Source of the DNA: Isurus oxyrinchus
Lineage: Eukaryota
Assembly: GCA_026770705.1 (NCBI GenBank)
Contig: JANJGN010000011.1
Span: 146,630,001 to 146,694,000, forward strand
Reading direction: 5' to 3'
Length of the DNA: 64,000 nt
Shown: one piece after another, positions 1-13,595 of the stretch
How the letters are laid out: each line of letters begins with the position of its first letter
Numbering within the stretch: position 1 is the first letter of the stretch
Notes under the pieces: model-generated
What the model was told of the DNA's origin: nothing
Seen by the model: the letters and a program-made list of their open reading frames with translations, nothing else
Databases searched by the model: none
Made by a program: the position numbers and the translations under genes

Positions 1-773
1 CTCCTGGCTGGTCTTTTCACTGAAATGTTCTTGTACAATTATTTTTAGAAAGCTTTAGATTTAAATTGAATAATTCCAGGCCAGTGACTTATTCACCCTC
101 TCGATGAGATTATTAGTGCCCAATTAAGTCTAGTTTCTTTTGTTGGTGACCTACAACCCATAAAAACAAATTAATTTCTAGTTAGCTCACACAGAAACTT
201 TTGCAGCCAATGGAGCGGGAAGGTTTTCATCCGTGAGATTATTCTGAATTTACAATAAAATGATAGTGTGCTACCTGATTTCCCTTGTTTTGTGGCTTCA
301 AATACAGGGTATTTCCTATTTTGCTCTCTGAACATAAACATAGCCGTAAAGTGTATAAAATTATGGTATGATAGCTAGTTATCATCCATGGCATTTTATA
401 CTTGCATAGCTCATCCCACTTGGGCTGGTCATCAGCCCATTAGCTCCTTAATTGGGAATACAGATTTCAGTGCTCCAGCTATCAGCAAAGCAAATTTTTA
501 ACTAATGTTTTATGTGCGCACAGAGATTCCTCTGATTTCTGGAAACTGTGCCATGCTCTTCCCAGCTGTTGCATGATATGTCAGCCCAGTGAATTTGCTT
601 AACCAATAAGTGAAGCATAGGAAGCAATTCAAAGGCCTTGACACATTACCTGACAGCTATTGCCATGCTTTCTGCACTCCTGCATTATAGGATTATAGCT
701 AAATTCTGGCAAAACTATGCACTGACTACACTCGCAAAAATAGTCATGACTTGGAAGAATTGGCAGCACTACA

Positions 774-903
774 TGTCCTCTCTTCCCCCTGCATTGTATA
801 AAGGACCTGCCCATTGTACCAATAGCTTTAATCCCAGCTGTCCTCTCTTACCCCTGTGTTGAATAAAGGGCCTGCCCATTGTACCAGTTGTTTTTTTCTC
901 AGC
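774..903. repeat. Imperfect tandem duplication, 2 x ~65 bp
   Basis: Unit tgtcctctctt-cccctg...ataaagg-cctgcccattgtacca...cagc starts at 774 and again at 839. Confidence 0.8.
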
Positions 904-1404
904 TAATGGCTCTTCCCGCTTCACATCGTATCCCCCATCAAAAGTTTGGAATAAAGCCTACGTCCTCCTTAAGGCATGGTTTGGACTGGACAGATTTTCT
1001 GTTAATTTATCTGACCTGCTTTTCTGCCTTGTATTTCCCAGTAGACTTGAGTTGTCTACAGTGATTGTCACTGGCTAATGAATATTATACTAAGTTGTCT
1101 TCTTCAGGACAAGCTTACAAAAGAAAAGCTATGTGTTAGCCTGAATGGTGACACTATAGATGGCTGAATAGAAAATAAGTGAAGCCGTCAAAAACAAATA
1201 ATAATTAGCATGCAAGTGGCATGGAATGTTCTTATTGATCAGTGTGTGCCTCAACTGAGCTAAGGCCATAAGTATCCTCTTTGGATTTTGTTCTATGCAA
1301 TGCAGTGTCAGCATCCAAACAAATTGTGTCTTCCTACTTTAGTTAGCATGTCTGCATCAGCATTTACAGACCATTTTAAATATTGTGCAAATTTGCTAAG
1401 GATG

Positions 1405-2120
1405 CCATAAGTATAGAAGGTTGAAGGTGATTTGATCGTGGTGTTTAAAAAGAGGTAGATAGGTAAAACTATTTCCTCTGGGGCAAACACAAATAAGGGG
1501 ACATTAAGATATTGAGGGGGGAAATCAGGAAGCACGTTGTCACATACACAATAGTAGAAATCAGGAATTCTCTGTTTTTCTAAAGGCTATTGGTGCTGGG
1601 ACAAATGCAGCTTTCAGGATTGAAAGTGGATAGATAATTGCTGGTAAGGGTATCTTTTATTGTTAGGCAGTCCCTCGTGATCAAAGATGGCTTGCTTCCA
1701 CTCCAGTTTGATGGGTTCCGAGATGGCTGATGAGTCTAGAACATGATCTGCAGACTCTGCCAGACTCTACCCCAGGGCAAGTAGTGCTTGAAGGGTCAGG
1801 TAGATGAGTTGTTTGGAGGTTTGTGCGCTCACTCCAACGCCTTGACTTTACCTCTGCAGGTTCCTGATGAAGTCTCTTGATGTGTTTGGTGCCTTCCTGA
1901 ATGAATCATCTCCATTTTGTTTGGCCATAAGCCAGGGACTCAGTGGGGATGTTTGATCTCTTCAAGAGATGTTTTGAAGACATCCGACAAGCGTTGGTTT
2001 TGGTTAGGGTATCAAGGGATATGGAACTAAGATAGGTAAATGGAGTTGAGTTACAAATCAGCCATGATCTAATGGAATGGTGAAAAGGGCACAAGGGACT
2101 GAATAGCCTTCTGTTTCTAT
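1405..2120 (+). mobile_element. Decayed CR1-clade LINE 3' fragment, interrupted by an RTE insertion
   Basis: Typical CR1 3' motifs (gaaggttgaaggtgatttgat, gtagataggtaaaactatttcctctg, agccatgatctaatggaatgg...ggactgaatagccttct) on both sides of the insert. Confidence 0.7.
1655..2000 (-). mobile_element. RTE-clade LINE 3' end with 13-bp TSD
   Basis: Minus-strand peptide LKRSNIPTESLAYGQTKWR resembles an RTE ORF C-terminus; RTE-type 3' tail (rc tggaagcaag...gagggactgcctaa); TSD tggtaagggtatc 1642-1654 / tggttagggtatc 2001-2013. Confidence 0.75.
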
Positions 2121-4812
2121 CTGTAAGGAACAATTGCACTATGTTTTCAGCGTTATTCAGAACTGTTATAAGTACAGCGAACCTCCGATGGTAAGAGTAG
2201 TACTGGTGAATAGGAATCTGTGCTGAGAAAACACCAGCACCACATGCCGAAGTTTTGACAACTTCAGTTAATGAGACTCACCAGTGTCTGATGACATGGA
2301 CATGATAAATGCACTGGCCAGTAGCCATTCATGCTGCACAATGTGGAGTCTTATTTTGCATCATGAGATCACTGGTAAGAATGCTGTTTGAATTCTGGCA
2401 AATTGCACCTACCCCATTTTTAGGAGTTTATTATAGATTCAGTAACATGAGACTGCACTCTGAAAGGGAGCTCTCAGCTCAAAGTTCTTTACACTGTCCA
2501 GGACTGTACAGTCAGATAAAAATTGATACTGGTTGACAGTTGACTATACTTCCTCGTGGATCATCAAAATAAACCTTAAATACCCATTTAAGTGACACTG
2601 GGAAGTTTTCTAGACTATAATTTGAGCTTTCCATTCTGAAGAATGGGTAATGTTTTTGCATACAGGTATGATCTTTGTGCATGCTATGTTTACTTGTGTT
2701 AATTTTTTGAGACTATCAGGCTCCATTTAAGAAGGTTTGAGGAAAATGTTGTGAATCTAGCATCCTTCCCTGGTGTATATACTAGGAAATTACAGGATAG
2801 AGTGCATGGCCAACTTGATTTTCTGAGCAAGACAATCCCAGGACATGGCTGCAACAATGAGACCCATGCTCCTGTCCACAGTGGGGAAGCTTTTCAGATG
2901 CAGGCAACCAACCCAGTTCGCCACCCACCCTGGGAAACTTCTCAGTGGCAGGAAGTTGTCCCGATGCGTTGACTCCCCTATTTTCCCACTCCCACTCTTC
3001 CCCCCCCCCCGGGCCTCCCTCAACGCCTGTATCCACGGGGCCAGGAAATTTCCAGTTCCATTGTGTCAGTGCCTGTGGAGTCCCAAGGTACACAATGCAA
3101 TTTGGACAGTCTTGACCATTTGTTTCCTATATTATGAGGGCCTAAGGCAAATTGGTGATGATGGAGCAGATTGCCAAATGGATAAGTGAATGTGTCCTGC
3201 ACCTGTTCTGCTGCTGCTTTGCATCTCTCCAGTGCATTTCAATTCATAACAAATATTGTAAGGCTGCTAAATGAAACAACCCTCGTATATATACAGCAAT
3301 TACTCTCTAGATTTAGCAGCAGCACTTGACAGTGCCTTTAACTGATTACTCCAGAGACCTAATGCAATGGCTTCTACATCAAGACCGCACCCCTAAAGCT
3401 TTAATATTTTGTCATTCTGCTTTAGTTTGTGAACAATGTAGAAAGAAAATGAAGGGTAGTTACCCACCTTGTAGAGTTGTCTTCACTCTGTACACCCTCC
3501 ACAGTCCCAGCCCTCCATCCCTGCAGGATATAATTTTGGTGATTTTAGTGCAAAAGTTTCAGTTTGGCTTTGGTCAAAATGAATTGGCTGAATGGCACTT
3601 TATATAAACACAGAAGTAAGAAGCCAGAGCTGGGTATCTAAAGCATCATCGAGACATTTATATCTGTATGCAGAGGTTTTCCCAGAACTTATCAAGCCAG
3701 GCTATACCCCTATGGTATGTAAAAGATGCAAAACCTCTTACGAAATATTTGGGGTAATGAGTGATTTTTTTTAATGGGGCATTCTCACCTGTTGATGTAC
3801 ACCCTGAAATAATTGTTTAAATTTAATCATCGTTTCAGTTTTCAGAAATGACGTCCCAGCAACTCCTTAATTATCAGTTAAGTTGATTGCAAAGAAGCAT
3901 TAATGCATTGAATAAGGAACTCATTTTGTGGGTGGTGTTCCCATCCCTTCAATTAGGAAAGTAGGGTTTTATCAATTTACTGAGAAACAATATGCCAGTC
4001 ATTTGCAATGCTTTTAGTAAGGGTTTTTGAGCCCTGCTTGAGAAGTAGACTAATAAGCCTGACTTATAAACCACATTTTAAAGCAGCAATTGTTTGTTGA
4101 AGGAACATGCAATTAATGACCATTAACCTAAGCTAAGAGAACACTGCAACTAAAATGTGACTAGTTAAGTGGAAAATTGAAATGCATATTTAACTTCAGA
4201 AGAAAGTGATGATCTGTCCAGTAGCATGAATTGTGCTGCAAGACTTTTAATGCTTTACTTATGGATCACTCTTTATTATCAATTCTGTAATTAGAAAAAA
4301 ATGCTTCAAAATAGCCTTATTTCTTGAATTCTCATCCACAAAATACCTCTTCTACTCAATATTAAAGCCAAAAAAAAGCATACTCTGATGAACTTTCCTA
4401 ACTCATATGACATAGGAGCTCTATGGTTGGCGGAGGGACAGTTTTGCCGGATACAAATGTAGGTGCTAGATATCCCCGTTAATCCAATCTTCTGATTTTC
4501 TTCTTTGACTTTTTAAAAATCGAATATATACCCTCCTTCTCAGTTAAATTGTCTGAGCTCTCATAGTTGGCCAAAGGTCCAATTTTCATAGATCTTGTAG
4601 TCACTAAATATGAGGATGCCCGGTATTTCATGGAATGGTAGCAATAATGACTTCACTGATTTTTTTTTAATAGACTGTAGACAACAGTACCCAATTAGAC
4701 ACTTTGCTTTTTCACTGGAGGTCCTGGGTCAAGGAGATTAGCTCAGAACTAGATGCTCACCAAATCGTTCTTGTTATCAAGTCATGTTTCTATTCATTCT
4801 GTATGGTTTCAG

Positions 4813-6325
4813 ATTTGGGAGGTTCACAGTGGCTGCCCTTCAGTCGAAGGTGGAACAGTACGAACGTGAGATGAATCGTCTAAAAAGGGCATTGGAACGG
4901 AGTGACAAGTACATAGAAGATATGGAGTTCCAGATTGAACAACTGAAGGGAAAGAGAGAGGAGAAAGAGAACAAAGATGGGAAATTCAGTCCAGTTTTGC
5001 CACCTGCTTCCCTACAGGATGGAGAAAATGGAAGCAGCGAACAATTATGGAAGCATTGTAATGACCTCAAGGAGAACAGGATCGTAGCCATGAGGAGAAG
5101 CCTCAGTAATATTAAGCAGCCGTTAGTCAACCAGTTAGATGGTGCAGTATCAACCTCTTTTAACTTCTCTCATCAGCAAGATTTACGTGGAACAGTGTCT
5201 GATTCGGTGCCAGTAAGCCAGGCCCTTGCTGATAATGGACTTCTAACAACAGCTGATGTTGAGAATGATGCTTTGCGTTTGTTCCAGAAGACTGAGGAGA
5301 AGGAAGGTGGATGCACTCGACCTGCGGATGAAAGTGAGATACAATTTGAACTCCCTAGTCCTTGTACTCCATCCACATCACTTGGTGCTCTCCACCTACA
5401 GAGCACAGATGATGAAGTAAGTCCCCTGATGAAAAAAAGAACTCGAAGAAAGAAGCTGACTCACTTCAGAAAACTTTGTTTTGATGGTGCTGGTTGGAGA
5501 AACATGTGTTCTGCAGTGCAAAATGTTGATTGCAATAGTAAGCAGAATGCAGAATTCACCTCCTCCAATAGCCTGATATTTTGGGATTCTTGTCAACCTA
5601 TCCCGACTGAAAGTGCCCTTAAAAGCACTCTAAAGAAAAACGTGCAGACTTCTCAAGTTGAAGATCCCCTGGTCAAATTAGAGGCCAAAAGGCCAAACTT
5701 GATCAGTAGCCCAGTTACTGAAGGTCCTTGTTTCCCTGAGTGCGGCACTGTACGTTCTAGAACATCCAGCGAGACCTCAATGGATGCAGCCTACCGAGAA
5801 AAGATATCTGAGCTGGACTTCATGTTGGATGAGACTGAGAACCTTAGAAACCCTCAGTGCTGTCTGATATCCGAAGACCTTTCTGACCTTGACATGTCTT
5901 TGACAGCGGATCTAGCGCAGTGCACCGAACTTTTGAATGAAGCTGAAAAAAGATTAGAGCAGAAAATGCGTCAAAACCAGCCGCATGCTTCTACCTCAGA
6001 TACCAGGGATATGATTGCAAATAACGATGAGCGAAGTGTGGTTTCCAAGCCCATAGTGCCTCCTGTTGCTTTAAACATAAAAGAATCATTATCTTCAGAA
6101 GAGAAAACTTCTTTCCAGGGTAGCTTTAGTTCCCCTTTTCTTTCAGTAAGTTCTGAACTATCTGGCCTCCAGCATAAGAAACCATCTTTCTGGAACAGCT
6201 GTTTAGTACCTGAAAATGAAAAAATGCTGGAAGCAACCAACAGATGCCAGACTAGTAAACGAAAGCCACAGTGTTATGGTGAAGAGTTATCCAGTCCCTC
6301 TAAGTCATCAAAAAATGATTTCTGA
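4813..6325 (+). CDS. OBI1: OBI1 (RNF219, ORC ubiquitin ligase 1), terminal coding exon; upstream exons not recognised in the window
   Basis: Acceptor tttcag ends at 4812 (phase 2). FGRFTVAALQSKVEQYEREMNRLKRALERSDKYIE and RTSSETSMDAAYREKISELD match motifs recalled from human RNF219; C-terminus SSPSKSSKN; stop TGA 6323-6325; neighbour is POU4F1, as in human. Confidence 0.93.
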
Positions 6326-7949
6326 TTTGAAACCTTTATTGCAGTTAGAATTTTTTCCTCTGTGGAATTTTGAAGCCATCTGATCACCTTCATAATTTTC
6401 CTCCTTTGTTATGAGTGCCATCTTATGAAGTATTATTTAGCCAGCACAGTTAATTATGCAGCCGAACAAAACCCAGTGGATACAGGTTTTTTGCTTCTGC
6501 GTTCAACAGCCTATAATTTGCCTCTCATTAAATGCGCAGAAAATCACGTTCCTGGGGAGTGCAGAAGCAAAATGTTTGGTCTAGTGTGTCAAACACAATT
6601 TAACTATTAAGCAACACACATTCCTGAGACTTGACTTTGTTTCTGATACCATATTTGTCCAGCAGTAGATCTTTTCCATTATTAGGGTGCCACTAAGCAA
6701 GGAGAACTGTGCTTTTTTTTTTAGTTTAGTTTAAAACTGGAGTACAAATTTACTTAAATGGCTGATGAAACTAGAAGGTCATTGCAGTAAAGGCAAGTGA
6801 AGAAGAACAAATGCAGTAGCGAGAGCTTAGATGGTATATGTTGAAAATAGTTGAGAAAATGTAGTTGAGCTCCAGTTTATAAAGGTGGGATATTTGTGCT
6901 TTTGCACACTGCAGCTGAAATTTAAATGATGATCAAATACTAAAGAACTGGGAGAGAAATGAGCACATTGATAAAATTCTTGTGCTCATTCATTTTGTAT
7001 TCAAGTCACTAGTGGAGTTGGAAAACTGCCAACAGTATATCTTCAAGTTGGCAGCTAAAAGTTACAATTTTAAATCTGGTAAATTTTATTATTAAAAAAA
7101 TTCCTTTGTGGGTCAATCAACTCTTTTGAATGTAGCACCCAACTGAGTTTGTTATGATTCCAAGAGTGTAAAGAATGTGATGATGCTTAATCTACACATC
7201 ACATCTGACCAATGCTTTAGAGAGTATGATTCTTTAAAAAGCAGTAATGGTTTGGAACACTTTGCTAAATGGAGAATGGCCCACTGATGCAATAATGCTG
7301 CAGACATCCTTTTGTATGCAGTTTTGAGCTTAATCGTGAATGAATTTAAAATGCTAACATCTGTTGATTCAATCAACTTTTCAAAGGGCTTATTGGAAAG
7401 GGTGCTCACGGAACTTTGAGTAATGTGACTTTGAGGTTGCTTCACCCATCAGTCAGCTGACATGAAGTGGTGTTGGTAACTGTTAAGGGCACCCGAAACC
7501 CACCTGCTAATGGTAGCTGCATGAATTATGTACCCTAAGGGAAGGAAGGGGAGAGTATAATTTACTCTCTGTGCAAAACTCTGTGCTTAGAGATTCTGGA
7601 ATATAAGGAGTCTATTTTATTTTTATAAAATAGATTCTTCCGGCAGAGCAACGAATAAAGATGTGATCTTCTGCTAAATTCCCTTTTTCCCCAATGAAAT
7701 CAGAATGAATGTGTTGCTATGCAGACTGGGTTTTACTTTTTGGTTGATTGTTTAAAGCATCATGTGAAAATATTTAAGAAAAAAACTTAAGATGTTTATT
7801 TGTGATTTGTTGTCTTGTGCTTGAGAAATGTATTTTTGTAGACATAATGTTTGTTATTTCCTGTGCATGTCATTTCCTGTACATGTCTTCAACAGTAGAT
7901 GAAAAGTGAGGGAGAAATTCCATTTTCAACTGTGACATGCTGTTCATCC

Positions 7950-7955
7950 AATAAA
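7950..7955 (+). terminator. Likely OBI1 polyadenylation signal
   Basis: AATAAA followed ~25-70 nt later by a GT/T-rich tract; alternative AATAAA at 7654 and 8829. Confidence 0.5.
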
Positions 7956-9517
7956 GGTCTTCAAACATGTCATCACTGTCATGTTTCAGGTCAGGTTTTC
8001 TTTCAGTTCTTTCATTTTGTGTTTATGGCAAAGAGGCAGTTCCCATAAGCGCATCAAAAGTCCCTTTGCTAGCTCCTCCGTGGATCTTTGCTATGAGTGG
8101 TATAGCATGCCACTATGTTGTTAGCCCTTAATTACAGGATATCACAGGTGCTCACCATGTTATCTTATATTTCAAAAGATCCCATTTTGGTGGGTTCATG
8201 CTAAAACCAGTAGATTTATTTAAAAGGTAAATACAGAGAAGCAAAAAGACAGCAAGATACTAACACCAATAGTCGTATTAACATGTCCTCTATACTGCAT
8301 GTTACACAGTCCAATAACCTGTAAAGGTTTTGATTGAAACTATCTTTCCCAACATTTGTGGCTGCAGTGTAATCCCTTTGCTTCTGGGTTTAGGCTGTGA
8401 TAAGTGATGCAAAATTCCCATCAACTGCACTTGACCCAGCTGTCAAAATGAACTAAAACTGAGCAGCTAATCCAGCGTCTTTGTCAGACTAAGTCTTGCA
8501 TGTCACAAATGCGTGATGTTAAAACATTCTTAATGCTTATCACTTGGAGTGATAAACTTTGTCTATTTTCCACCAATCTGCAAATTCGCACACTAGCATT
8601 TCCAAGAAAGACAGTACCAAGCAAACTTTGAAATCAACTGTTAAGTTCATGCAGTGTTATCAACTGCAAAATCTAGTTGCTCCTTTATTGAAACTTGACA
8701 TATTAACAGTTTAGTATGTAGGCTATTTCCTTGACATTTTTAGCTATGTCTAGCTAAAACCATTTTTTCCATTTGTTTACCTTGTGTAAACTCATATATA
8801 AAACAGACATTTTCCCTGTTTGGCACAGAATAAAAGTGTTTCAATGACAGTGATTAACTTTTCTTTTTGTTTGATCAAACTCTGTTTTGGTTCTCAGATG
8901 TGCAGATCCATGCTGTGTAAGTGGAAAAATATAGACGATTGAAAGGGCCACCTTTCAGATGTGCCAATTTTTAGATATGGGAGTACAACTATTTGTAGCT
9001 GTTTGATATGTGTGCCATAGTATCCCTATCCTAAAGCATAAGGATTTATGTCTGGTATATTCTGCTAATCTGCTGCAAGCAGCTTGTTTTGTCAAAAGTT
9101 AGAATGTTTCCGATTTTAATTGGACTACAAATATATTTGAAACATACTTGAGTTCCTTTCAAAATTTGACGTAGTGCGCACAGTTTGTTGCTGGATTCTA
9201 AAAATCCTTTGGGAGCTCAAGAAATTGCCACTTAAACAATTTTTCATTTATTAGTCAAGAAGTGCCAGACGTTCTCGGAATATTGGCAGACTGAATCACA
9301 ACAGTTTGTTGACAATTGGGGGCTGACGGATGACAAATTGCTGCATTTATCCACGTATCTGTGTAGTTGTATTATCATTACTTTTGTTGTGAATACCTAG
9401 TTCATGGTTCATATTATATTTTAGGGGCAGTTTTTAGTTCTGGGATGATTAAAGTTTAAGTGTAGAAAGCGGGATAAATGCAACTAAAGCAGCTTGGAGT
9501 CTTACACTTAAAAAAAA

Positions 9518-10421
9518 TGTTGGGGGCCATGTTGACTTAGGTGATTAACCGTTAGAAATGGAAGATCATTAAACAGCAGGTGGGCTTATTTAGCTGGAGA
9601 GCTGGAGGTGTGATGTCAACACTGCTTGCAAAGAAATGCAGTCCAGAGGAATGTTTTGTTTTGGGAGTTAGATCTAAATTAGTTTAAAAGCCTTCAGTGA
9701 ACTTTGAAAGACTGCGTTGACATGGAGATGGGTGAAGCTTAAGAAGGTTCTCTGGTTTCAATTTATCTGAGTGTTCTACAAAAGGGGAAGGGGTTTCCTG
9801 CAAAGGTGCTGCTGTTAATGGACTTCAAGCAATTAGGGCTCAGAAAAGTCCGGGGGAACGGTTTATAGCTTAGTACAGGGAGATTGGAGTTTGGCAAAAC
9901 CCAGGGGCAGTACCAGCTTTGTGAAGCTAGCGACCTGCGGACGAGTTGAAAGTGCGCTGGTAATTAGAGGTAGGAGTATAGCTTTTTAAATCCTGTGGAA
10001 AACAGTCTCGGGAGGAGAGCTTTGAACCCTCAGGAGATGAGGCAGTCTGAGTCAGAGGCTAGATCTTCAAAGTGAAGAGTTGAAATCCCTCGTGAGGGAG
10101 ACAGAGTTTTAATGAAATGTTGTGGCCCTCAGTGGTCACTGATGTCTGGTTAGGTTGCTGAGAAATCTGTGGGATCTGTCTTGGTCGCATTGCCATTTAC
10201 TTTGTAGCGTATGTTCAACCGCATTTTGCCTGATAATTCATATTTACCTCATTAATTCTGGATGTTAGAGTATAAGACAGATATTGAAGATTGTTTTTCT
10301 TTTCTGACTTTGTATAGTAGAGAGTTTATTTTGTTTAAAACCATGCAATATTGCATTCTCAATGAGTAACTGGGCTTTCAAACTTTGCCTACTTTAAACA
10401 AAAAGTAACACGATTGTAACA
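9518..10421 (+). mobile_element. Possible solo LTR-like element
   Basis: Purine-rich block bounded by TGTT...AACA; no matching TSD found. Confidence 0.3.
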
Positions 10422-11339
10422 CCTTACTATTTATCATGTCTATATTTGTTTATTTTGTTGAATTTAAGCTCTGACAAAAATATATCTGTATATTAGTGTA
10501 GCATTTTTGGGTTTCCTAGGAATACTTGAGCAGAATTGTTATTTTATTGTATTTCTTGTATATTAAACCCATCATTTTTATTACAGCACACTGAAAATTA
10601 GAGAGATTTGAAGTGCTAATCGGCCACTCAGAACAGGTGGATTAGTGATTAAAAATGTTTATCGATAAGTTTCTGTAGCTTTGAGATGATAACATAAAGT
10701 TGGGTATAATTTTAAGCCTCTCTTGGCATAGAGATGAAAGTTGTCCAAAATAGACTGGGAGAATGGGTTAAAAGATAAGATGCTACATAAGCAGGTAACA
10801 TTTAAGCAAATATTTCATAACTCTCATCCTTCTCATAGAACTTCATTTCTCAGTGGAGTACATCTTGGTTGAAACAGTTAAGGATGGCGTCAAATTGAAA
10901 GAAAAGGCACACAATGCAGCAAAGATTAGTGGTGAAAGCAGTGAGATTTCTGGGTTCAGTGATACTGTCTTGGGAGGGAGGAGCATCAGTGTTTCTGGTT
11001 GGACAGGAAGCCCTCAGGCAGAAGCTTGAGAAAGGAATAGGAGCACATCACCAGTGAGCTTAACGTCTGGAGTCTAGACAATGGGATGTGATGGCAGTGC
11101 TGGTAAAAGTATAATAACCTCACAGGACTGGTCAAGGTGAGTGAAAACATTCTCAGTACATCTCATACCTCTGATTGAACAATGCACCAAACCCACATCA
11201 CTTACCAAGTACCATGCACTGGCCCTCTAGACTCGAGTCTGAAAATCTCACTACATCTCAGCAGCTACCAATGCTGTCAGTATCACATTGGCCCCTCTCT
11301 GCCTCCACAGACAATCAACTTTGGAAGGACATCACCCAA

Positions 11340-12712
11340 GCAGTGCCATGCAATCACCAACTTTTTCTGCCCTCTCACTGGAAAAAATGGTGCTCAACTG
11401 GGCTACCCAGCGAATCTAATTATTTCCCTTGACATTTAATGTCCTTACCATTGCTAAACCCTGCATCACGGAGGATGCTGAGCCTTAGGGTTACTATCAA
11501 CCAAAAATTTAACTGGGACAGCCACATAAATACTAGCCAATATCTTCCGGCCGGCGAGCAGGGGTGGGGCCCACTCCCGGACGCATAAAATGACGCGGGG
11601 TTGCATCATTTAGATTTTCAGTTCAGGTGCACAGCCGAATCAGCTACATGCCTGCCGAACTGTGAACGGCCTATTAAGGCCATTAAAATACTAATTAACC
11701 TGATTGATGGACCTGCCCGTCCGACCTTAAGGTTGGTGGGCAGGCCAGGAGCCTAGGTGGGCCTCGGAAAAAGCATGGAACCTCATCCACGGGCGGGATG
11801 AGGTTTCATGAGAGTATTTAAATTTTTTTATCAAATGCTTAAGTAAAAGTTATGGATATGTCCCAACTCATATGGCAGTGTCACATGAGGGAACATGGCA
11901 GGGAAATTTTTTTATTACCTTTATTTCAACTTTTGAATCGGAGCCGATCTCTCTGAGGCCGCACTTTGCCTCAGAGATCTCTGCGCTCTTTCACGCCGCA
12001 CTCCCGGCTGAGGGAATCCCCCTGCACAGGGAGCGCATAGCGCTTCCTGGCAGACGTCGCGTTGGATGAGCCTTAATTGGCCCACCCACTTAAAATGGCA
12101 ACGCGCCCCCAATCGGGAGCACCGATCAGCTGCCACACTTTTCCCCCCACCCCACTGGATGAGGGGGAAATTTAGCCCACTGTGACTACAAATGCAGGTC
12201 AGAGGCTGGGAAATTTGTAGTGAGTAACACACCTCCTGACTTCCCAAAGCCTATCCACCACCTACATGGCACAATCCAGCAGTGTGATGAAATACTCTCC
12301 ACCTGCTGGGATAAGTGTGGCTTCAACAACAATCGAAGCATAACACCATCCAAAGCAACCCACTTTATGGCACCTCATTCACCATCTTACATGTTCATTC
12401 CCTCCCATTGTCACACATTGGTGTAGTGTTAGCATACAGTATGCACTGCAGCAACTTGCAAGGTTCCTTCAACAGTACCTTTGAAATCGATAACTCTACC
12501 AGTAGTAGCAGACCACCTGCAAGTTCCCCTCCAAGTCACGCACCAACTTGACTTGAAAATATATCAATTTTCCTTTGCTGTCACTCAGTCAAAAATATGG
12601 AACTTCCTTTCTAAGCACTATGGGTGTACCTACAGAAGGCAGCTTCTCAAGATCAATTAGGAATGGGCAACAAATGCTAGCCTTTCCAACCCTCACATTC
12701 CGTGCATGAAAA
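11340..12712 (+). mobile_element. Decayed CR1-clade LINE (RT C-terminus and 3' tail), split by a TIR element at 11535-12178
   Basis: ttactatcaaccaaaaatttaactgggacagccacataaatact joins to gtgactacaaatgcaggtcagaggctggg across the insert; tail caattaggaatgggcaacaaatgctagcc. Confidence 0.8.
11535..12178 (+). mobile_element. Non-autonomous TIR element (Harbinger-like MITE), copy A
   Basis: Right TIR ggaaatttagccc, degenerate left TIR; TSD act/act; homologous to copies B-E. Confidence 0.8.
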
Positions 12713-12912
12713 GAGATATTCAGGGCACTGGAAAACCTATCAAAGATTGCCTCCTGTCACTGACTAGGAGCATGGAGGAGTCCAGTGGTGTTTATTGTTG
12801 ATTGCTTGCCAAGAGGATGTTGCAATGGGAGGTGTGAAATGGATGTGACAGTGAGGAATGCTGGCTCCATGGTGTGGGGAGGTTATTGAAGTGAAAGCAG
12901 AATCCCTCAATT

Positions 12913-13019
12913 CTCTCTCTCTCTCTCTCTCTCTCTCACTCACTGTCTCTTCCCTTACACAGGATCCAGGATGTCTCTTTCCCCCCCCCCCCGCCCCCCC
13001 CCCCCCCCCCCCCCCCCCC
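12913..13019. repeat. (CT)n microsatellite followed by a poly-C tract
   Basis: Directly visible. Confidence 0.95.
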
Positions 13020-13344
13020 ACCTCCTGCACCTCTATAAGCTCCCTCCCTCCTCAGAGCTTCCCCTCCCTGCTTCCTCTTTCTCAATTCCTGGTCATGCTG
13101 TAGGACAGGAGGCACTGTAAAAACTGCCTGCATACCGGCTCTCCTCTTTGGCAGAAACTGGCAAAAAAACCCGCAACACGGTGCTTCTTCCACCAACCTT
13201 GACTATGCAAAACTAACCGAGAAAGATCTTTCCTGCAGTATTGTGGAGTGGCTCCTTAATTAGTACAGGCGCAGGTACAATCTTGCAGCTGCGCGCCTGA
13301 TATTTTCTGAGTGATGCACAAAGTTGAGTGCTGGAGGGGGAGAT

Positions 13345-13595
13345 GATGGTGTTGTGATAAAGTCACTGGACTAGTGATCTAGAAGCCCAGGCGATAATGC
13401 TCTGAGGACACAGGTTCAAATCCCACCATGGCAGCTGGTGGAATTTAAATTAATTAATAATTCTGGCATTGAAAACTAGTTTCAGTCATGGTGACCATAA
13501 AACTATCATCAATTGTCATAAAATTTCACCTGATTCATTAATGTTCTTTGAGGAAGGAAATCTGCTGCCCTTACCGGGTCTGGCCTACATGTGAT
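13345..13595 (+). mobile_element. tRNA-derived shark SINE fragment
   Basis: B-box ggttcaaatccc plus body gcagctggtggaatttaaatt...gaggaaggaaatctgctgcccttacc. Confidence 0.7.

Noticed and set aside
4784-4812. ATG start of the 513-aa ORF
   Set aside because: MFLFILYGF is intronic read-through upstream of the tttcag acceptor; the ORF is a terminal exon, not a single-exon gene.
13345-13430. tRNA-like A/B boxes
   Set aside because: SINE head; no cloverleaf, so not a tRNA gene.
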